From positions 20,697 to 84,696 of IMG/VR virus record IMGVR_UViG_3300044712_000792: a stretch of 64,000 nucleotides of DNA. One strand, given 5' to 3'. The position numbers and the translations under genes are program-made. Under the pieces are notes generated by a model. It made no database searches. It worked only from the letters and a program-made list of their open reading frames with translations, and was not told the DNA's origin. Position 1 is the stretch's first letter. Each line of letters begins with the position of its first letter. Positions 58,519-64,000 of this stretch are shown here, one piece after another. Source of the DNA: a virus.

Positions 58519-59079
58519 ATGTCATCTGAATACAATGAGATGCTATTTGAAGGAATTTATGAAAACAATATGTATAAGTTCATTATGGCACTAGAGAACG
58601 GTGCTGATGTAAATGCTTTTTCTACTAAAATAGAACTTCGTTTTGGGGCGCGAGTAGCACCTCTATACATTGCATGTCATATGGATAAAATGACAATGAT
58701 TAAAATATTAATAGAGAATTGTGAAAAATTGAAATTGGATATAGGTGCTACACAAGACGCTTTACTTGGTTCTGGGTTTAATGTTCTTATGTCTATGTGT
58801 TGCTCTGGTTCAAATAAACTCCCAATTGTAAAAATGTTAGTTGAAAACAGAAAACATCTTAAATTGAAGCTAGACGCTATATATGAAGATGGAAGAACAG
58901 CTTTAATATTTGCTATATGTAATAGTGTAGGAATAGCAGAATGGCTTTTAGAGAATTACCCTGATGAATTGGACATCAATAAGAAATCTAAACACGGTTC
59001 TACGGCACTAAAAGAAGCAAAGGCGCGTGAGTTGAAGAAGTGTGTAAAGCTATTAAAGGCGTTGGGTGCGAAAGAATAA
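58519..59079 (+). CDS. ankyrin-repeat protein (member 13)
   Basis: LENGADVN, APLYIAC, NCEKLKLD, GRTALIFA, GSTAL..A, LLKALGAKE. Confidence 0.92.
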   Translation: MSSEYNEMLFEGIYENNMYKFIMALENGADVNAFSTKIELRFGARVAPLYIACHMDKMTMIKILIENCEKLKLDIGATQDALLGSGFNVLMSMCCSGSNKLPIVKMLVENRKHLKLKLDAIYEDGRTALIFAICNSVGIAEWLLENYPDELDINKKSKHGSTALKEAKARELKKCVKLLKALGAKE

Positions 59080-59092
59080 GATATTTGAAACT

Positions 59093-59105
59093 AAAAGAAT
59101 ATAAA
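59093..59105 (+). promoter_or_regulatory. class B motif AAAAGAATATAAA
   Basis: Exact intergenic copy upstream of ankyrin member 14 and the fibre genes. Confidence 0.68.
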
Positions 59106-59152
59106 CACAAGAGTTTCTATACCTTGAATTTCACTAATATCTAGGATAACTA

Positions 59153-59764
59153 ATGGAAAATGTAACATTAGATTTAAGAATAAAATTCATAAACGCTGTG
59201 AGGGCGAATAATACTCCTAGATTTATTGAGGCTATTGAGTTGGGTCTTGGTGCTAATATAAATAATCCATTAGGTGTTGCTGGATATTTTGATGATACAC
59301 CTTTATTAGTAACTGTTAAACAAAAAAGATATAATCTGACAAAAATATTGTTAGATAACTATGACTCATTAAAATTAGATGTGAATGTTTTATGTGAAAG
59401 ACAAAAGAATAGTATGGGTAGTGGCTGGAACGGGCTTACACCATTCTTATATTGTTGTGGTAGTATAGGAGACATTAATGAACAGACTGTTTTGTTGTTT
59501 TTATCTAAACATAAGGAGTTAAATCTTGATTTGACAACACAAAGTCATTTTGGTAACACCGCCCTTATGTATTTGCTATATAATCACCCAACTATTGTTC
59601 CAGGTATTTTAGAAAAATACGGTCATTTGGATTGGGGTGTCTTTTTAGAAGATTGTGAACACGATGATATAGTAAAATTTGCCAGAAAGTTTTACAAATA
59701 CGACCTAGGTGTAATAGACACACTAATAGAAATGCAAATGAGAACGAATGCGAGGAATAAATGA
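59153..59764 (+). CDS. ankyrin-repeat protein (member 14)
   Basis: LGANIN, DTPLL, NYDSLKLDVN, GLTPF, GNTALMY. Confidence 0.88.
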   Translation: MENVTLDLRIKFINAVRANNTPRFIEAIELGLGANINNPLGVAGYFDDTPLLVTVKQKRYNLTKILLDNYDSLKLDVNVLCERQKNSMGSGWNGLTPFLYCCGSIGDINEQTVLLFLSKHKELNLDLTTQSHFGNTALMYLLYNHPTIVPGILEKYGHLDWGVFLEDCEHDDIVKFARKFYKYDLGVIDTLIEMQMRTNARNK

Positions 59765-62658
59765 GTGAATACATTAGCATAAATGACGCATATCCAGTTA
59801 CTAGATATACAACAGAAAGTTATAGTGCTGCTGATGACAATAAACCATTTACAGACCTTGAAGACAGGGCTAATTGGTTTTCTTCGTTGTATAATCAACT
59901 TGGGTTCTATTACATTGGCAATAGCACAACTCTATCAGCTCTCACTAACTACTCTCTAGTAACTATTAATGTTAGTGGTATAATTTCTGAACTGTCTGGA
60001 GTATCAACAACACTACCTGCAAGTTCTTTAATTGGAATAGTTTACACATTAAACGAACAAACCTTACCATTATACACAGCCACGGGACCTACTACTTATT
60101 ATTACCCTGTTGTTATGGCTTCTGACTTTTTAAGTATTCCAATATTAACAACTTATTTTGAAGACACTACCTGGAATGAACCTGCCGCTGGGTCAAGAAA
60201 TTATGACTCCTATATGGTAGGTGATTATATTTACTATGATAAGGGAACATACACAATGGCAGCTTTCCCTGTTACTGTTACGGTCACATCAACAACTTAT
60301 CTAGGTGATGATGAAGGTAAGAAAATTAGACTAGGAAAAATCGTAGCAAAAACTAATACCAATTATGTGATTAAGTTCAACTCTACTGAAATGTATGGTA
60401 GTGGTATTACATTCGCAAATAAGCACGAAGACCTTTTAGACATAGCCTCACAAGATGTTACTGCTTGTGGAACTTGGGTTGATTCACATTCTGGATATAG
60501 ACCTACTATTTTAAGAACTAGTGTCATTACAGCAGCTACATCAGGGGATTTGATAGGACAATACGAAGGTACTTATGAACCATATAATAGCAGAGGTATA
60601 GTAGTAGGAATATTGGCTTATTCAGATGTTCTATATTCTTACATTATGGTTTCTGGTGTGTGGGATATTACTGTTAGGGAAACGACACCGACAGGCTTAA
60701 CTATTGACAATACTGATATTGGGAGAACTATTTGGGCTTCTGAAACTTCTGGTAATGTTACAGTTACTCCGCCAACAGATATAACAAAAGCTATTGTTCC
60801 TGTTGGTAGAGTAGTTTCAACCAATCAAATATTCATAGCACCAGCAAATGGATTTAACAGCTATATTGAAATGCTTTCAGATTTAACAAACAATCAGGCT
60901 TCTCCAGATGCTATGACTTCAGCATTAGAACTCCAACAGGATTTTAGTGGTATTGAAGTTACCTCAATAGCTGGAACTGGCGACCCGATTAAGAACATGA
61001 AATTAAGAAAGATTAATTCGGATTGCCCTGTTCATATTACTCCTTTGACACAGACTATTAGTGGAACAAACTTGACAAATCACTGGTTCGCTTTAACTGA
61101 AAATAGCTGGATGAACGATGTCTATGTTGATTATCTTTGGACTGGAAACTCAACTTCTAAAACAAATAGTAATACATATTTAGGGAACGATTTACAACCT
61201 TATAGCTATATTTTACAATACAATTATGACCCTTATGTCCCTGGTATAAATGGAAGTTATAGGTTGGGTTGGCATAGTTGGAAAGATGCACAATCACTAG
61301 ACCTATCTGGAATAACTTATGATAGCACAGCAAAAACTATTACACTAGAAGCCTCTGGTGCTGACAACATTTACATTTGGCATAGTGCTAAAATGCTAAC
61401 TGAAATGGGTTGGGCTAATTCTATTCCTTGGGCTGGATTGTTTATGATGGTTCACGATGTGTCAACGGAAACAAAAATGTGCTTATTCTCTTATGAGGGG
61501 TATAGCGGATTTGATACAGATACTTTTACATTCAACAATGTAAATATCTACACTAAAACATCTAGCGGAAATATGATTTCAAACCCTACTTGGACATACG
61601 CAGCTACAGGTCAATGGCAAACTCTTGATACCACTGGCTGGATGTTTGCTTCATTCCCAATGGGTGGGATAAGATTAAAAATAAGTGGCAATGGGACATT
61701 CAATAAAATTTCCAATGTTCCTCCTTATAGCCTTAAATGGAGTAATCTGAAAAAGGGTGGTATATCTGTATTGGGTGCTGTTGATACTAGTACGGCTTCT
61801 GGGCAATTAGCTTGGGACACAACAAATGATTTGACTGGCTTATTTACAGGGCTATCCACAAAAACCGATTTAGAAACCACATACGCAGGGATTGATTATA
61901 CTAGTGGAGGGACAACCGCTATAACATTGGCTACACACCCAACAGTAATACATAAAGCTAGTTATCACCCATACTGCATAAACCAATCTATAACAGCAAC
62001 GGCAGGTGTTTCAAACCCACTTGTTTATACTGCTGGTTGGACAGATTTGGTATATACACCAGAATACATTGACACAACTTACGGACCAACTAGAGAATGG
62101 GGTTATTACGCATTAACAACAAATGAACCAGCAAGTCCAATTCTAGCGGTATCTGGTTTCCCTCACCCTCAAACTATGAACACAACACTTCAAACAAATG
62201 GTGTAATGGTAAAATTGGTTTTAAGTGGAGACCCAACAATATACTATGGCATAACTAGTTCAATAACAACATCAGGTGCTACTGGAACTGCTGGTATTCT
62301 AATGCCTTTAAGCTACGGAATAACTGGAACTCATACTGTAACTGGATACGAATTATACACAATAAATGATGACATTGTGAATAAAGCATCATACATTATG
62401 GACGACGATGGTCAAGAGTTATGGGTTGATGTTTCTAAAAAAAGTACATATAGGGCCTATTCTGTAATGTTTGAAATAGTTGATGTAAAGCCTTCATCTA
62501 TGTTAGAAATAATGCCAGCACAATCACACTTTAATAATATGAAGAACTCTTTAAAATCAATAGTGCTAGGATGTGCGATGTATTCAAAGATGACAGAAAC
62601 AGATAAAATCGTTACCTACATTCAGAACAGAGCTTCAGCACCAAGTACAAATACATAA
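59761..62658 (+). CDS. tail fibre/receptor-binding-like protein
   Basis: 965 aa, T/S/G-rich; G..IW.S.T.G.VT.T.P......VG type segment. Confidence 0.6.
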   Translation: MSEYISINDAYPVTRYTTESYSAADDNKPFTDLEDRANWFSSLYNQLGFYYIGNSTTLSALTNYSLVTINVSGIISELSGVSTTLPASSLIGIVYTLNEQTLPLYTATGPTTYYYPVVMASDFLSIPILTTYFEDTTWNEPAAGSRNYDSYMVGDYIYYDKGTYTMAAFPVTVTVTSTTYLGDDEGKKIRLGKIVAKTNTNYVIKFNSTEMYGSGITFANKHEDLLDIASQDVTACGTWVDSHSGYRPTILRTSVITAATSGDLIGQYEGTYEPYNSRGIVVGILAYSDVLYSYIMVSGVWDITVRETTPTGLTIDNTDIGRTIWASETSGNVTVTPPTDITKAIVPVGRVVSTNQIFIAPANGFNSYIEMLSDLTNNQASPDAMTSALELQQDFSGIEVTSIAGTGDPIKNMKLRKINSDCPVHITPLTQTISGTNLTNHWFALTENSWMNDVYVDYLWTGNSTSKTNSNTYLGNDLQPYSYILQYNYDPYVPGINGSYRLGWHSWKDAQSLDLSGITYDSTAKTITLEASGADNIYIWHSAKMLTEMGWANSIPWAGLFMMVHDVSTETKMCLFSYEGYSGFDTDTFTFNNVNIYTKTSSGNMISNPTWTYAATGQWQTLDTTGWMFASFPMGGIRLKISGNGTFNKISNVPPYSLKWSNLKKGGISVLGAVDTSTASGQLAWDTTNDLTGLFTGLSTKTDLETTYAGIDYTSGGTTAITLATHPTVIHKASYHPYCINQSITATAGVSNPLVYTAGWTDLVYTPEYIDTTYGPTREWGYYALTTNEPASPILAVSGFPHPQTMNTTLQTNGVMVKLVLSGDPTIYYGITSSITTSGATGTAGILMPLSYGITGTHTVTGYELYTINDDIVNKASYIMDDDGQELWVDVSKKSTYRAYSVMFEIVDVKPSSMLEIMPAQSHFNNMKNSLKSIVLGCAMYSKMTETDKIVTYIQNRASAPSTNT

Positions 62659-62670
62659 GAGAGGTAAAAG

Positions 62671-64000
62671 ATGTCAATTAGACCAGCAGATATTTTAACA
62701 ATCGCCCCAATAGTAACTTATACAGCTACAACTGCTTACAATGCAGGCGGCGATAATATCCCTTTTGATAGTATTGATGCTAGACATAATTGGTTCACAC
62801 AAACATCGGCAAAGGGTGGATTAATAACAGTAGGAAAAACAACTGAAAGTGGTCTATTAACTAATACTCTTGTTGCTCTGAATATAGAAGACAACAGCAT
62901 AACAGCAATCACTAGTGCTTGTAGTGCTTTGGCTTACAATGAAATCCCTGCTTTAATTACCACTATTGTTGGAACTGGTTCTGGAGCTGTAAAATATGCT
63001 ATCTCTACAATGTACTATTACTATTGCGTAATACAATCAAAATTCATTGACATACCTGTTTCTAGTTTTGCTGCTTCTGGTGCTGAAATTGGTTGTCCTA
63101 TTTATTACAATTGGGATAACGAAAATTTTGAATGGGCTAGTAGAACTGCTACGGCTGCACCTGCTGGAAATATTCTAATCAATTACAAGTCTAAAAAAAT
63201 ACCTTTGGGAAACATAGTAGCTATTGTTAATTATAGTTCTACACCTTATTATACTGTAAAATTTGGTTCACAAGAAGGTATGGGAACTGGATTAGATGCT
63301 ACTGTTATGGGGGATGTTTACCACTCTACATTAAGCGATATTTCTAGCCAAGAATCAGACACCCATAGCACTTACAATTATGACCATTATCTATATGCCA
63401 ATAAGGTTATAACCCCCACAGTTACATCTCCTTCGTTTGTGGCTATTTCTGGTGCTAGTGGTTTAAGCACTTCTGTTGATTCTACCGCTAAAACATACAC
63501 CATTACAAATATATCTCCTACAAGCGGAATGGTAAATGAATGTTATTTTTGGAGTATACCTGTTGGCACTACTGATATGGTTGGATTAGTTTCTGTTTAT
63601 ATAACTGATTCTGTAACAGGTAGGATTACTTCTAATTACTTTGCGGTATCCGGAACTGCCGATACTACAGGAACTATTGTTGTTGACATAATCTCTAATA
63701 ACCAAATAGTGATTACATATAATGTAGGTTCAACTGTTTTAGACCCTGAAATTGCACCAAATATGGACCCTCAATTGTGGGTTTTTACAAATACAGATTC
63801 TTTCTACGATTCAACTAATGAGGTAATAAGCACAAGCATTGCAACAGTTACAGGTGCTGAAGAAATAACATTTAGTGTTACTGCAACAGATATTGTCAGT
63901 TCTACAAATTTAAGGAATACACAGTTAATAATTCTAGAAACAACAGTAACATCTGGTGCTACTGATTATGATGGAGTTCTTGTATATCACTATAATCCTA
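62671..64000 (+). CDS. second tail fibre-like protein, 3'-truncated, paralog of 59761-62658
   Basis: ATG after GAGG; no in-frame stop in the part read and absent from the ORF track, consistent with running off the window; DNIPF..ID.R.NWF, KKIPLG.IVA, VKF.S.E.MG.G, L.DI.SQ match previous gene. Confidence 0.7.
   Translation, partial: MSIRPADILTIAPIVTYTATTAYNAGGDNIPFDSIDARHNWFTQTSAKGGLITVGKTTESGLLTNTLVALNIEDNSITAITSACSALAYNEIPALITTIVGTGSGAVKYAISTMYYYYCVIQSKFIDIPVSSFAASGAEIGCPIYYNWDNENFEWASRTATAAPAGNILINYKSKKIPLGNIVAIVNYSSTPYYTVKFGSQEGMGTGLDATVMGDVYHSTLSDISSQESDTHSTYNYDHYLYANKVITPTVTSPSFVAISGASGLSTSVDSTAKTYTITNISPTSGMVNECYFWSIPVGTTDMVGLVSVYITDSVTGRITSNYFAVSGTADTTGTIVVDIISNNQIVITYNVGSTVLDPEIAPNMDPQLWVFTNTDSFYDSTNEVISTSIATVTGAEEITFSVTATDIVSSTNLRNTQLIILETTVTSGATDYDGVLVYHYNP

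Noticed and set aside
17897-59764. Diversity-generating retroelement or transposon driving ankyrin spread
   Set aside because: No reverse transcriptase, transposase, terminal repeats or near-identical template/variable repeat pair visible in this window
1-64000. Stop-codon reassignment (seen in some large phages)
   Set aside because: Long ORFs tile the window in the standard code, and TAA, TAG and TGA all end genes at clean junctions
16826-64000. Bacterial eCIS/T6SS locus with ankyrin immunity genes
   Set aside because: Contiguous with primase, ligase, YopX, tRNA and many small phage ORFs; has T4-like tail terminator and fibres; no T6SS membrane complex or eCIS ATPase seen
1-64000. Eukaryotic giant virus (suggested by ankyrin expansion)
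   Set aside because: Shine-Dalgarno sites, overlapping operonic genes, sigma70 promoter, intrinsic terminator and contractile-tail baseplate genes indicate a prokaryotic virus

Overview
This AT-rich, densely coding window looks like part of a large contractile-tailed (myovirus-like, probably jumbo) bacteriophage genome read in the standard genetic code. Bases 1-16.8 kb (+) hold DNA metabolism and accessory genes: YfbR-like HD hydrolase, primase, ATP-dependent ligase, nucleotidyltransferases, YopX, two glycosyltransferases, C5 methyltransferase, an atypical tRNA-Gln, an AT-hook/Zn-ribbon/sigma-region-2 protein, MazG-like protein and a DEDDh exonuclease. Bases 16.8-64 kb form a late tail/baseplate region: tail terminator, gp25-, gp6-, P2-I-like wedge proteins, hub, gp5/VgrG spike, PAAR, fibres, a papain-like protease and lysis candidates. 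Two unusual families stand out. First, about 14 small paralogous ankyrin-repeat genes (11 clear, 3 degenerate) plus one ankyrin fusion are slotted singly or as sister pairs between the structural genes, usually by stop/start overlap. Second, five proteins, three of them tandem ~1400-aa giants, share an N-terminal L/I-x-E leader and a conserved ~200-aa 'KY..KD..WC' module followed by variable C-termini, suggesting capsid-packaged carrier-cargo proteins. Three promoter classes are visible by eye. All product calls come from motif recognition; no database searches were run.
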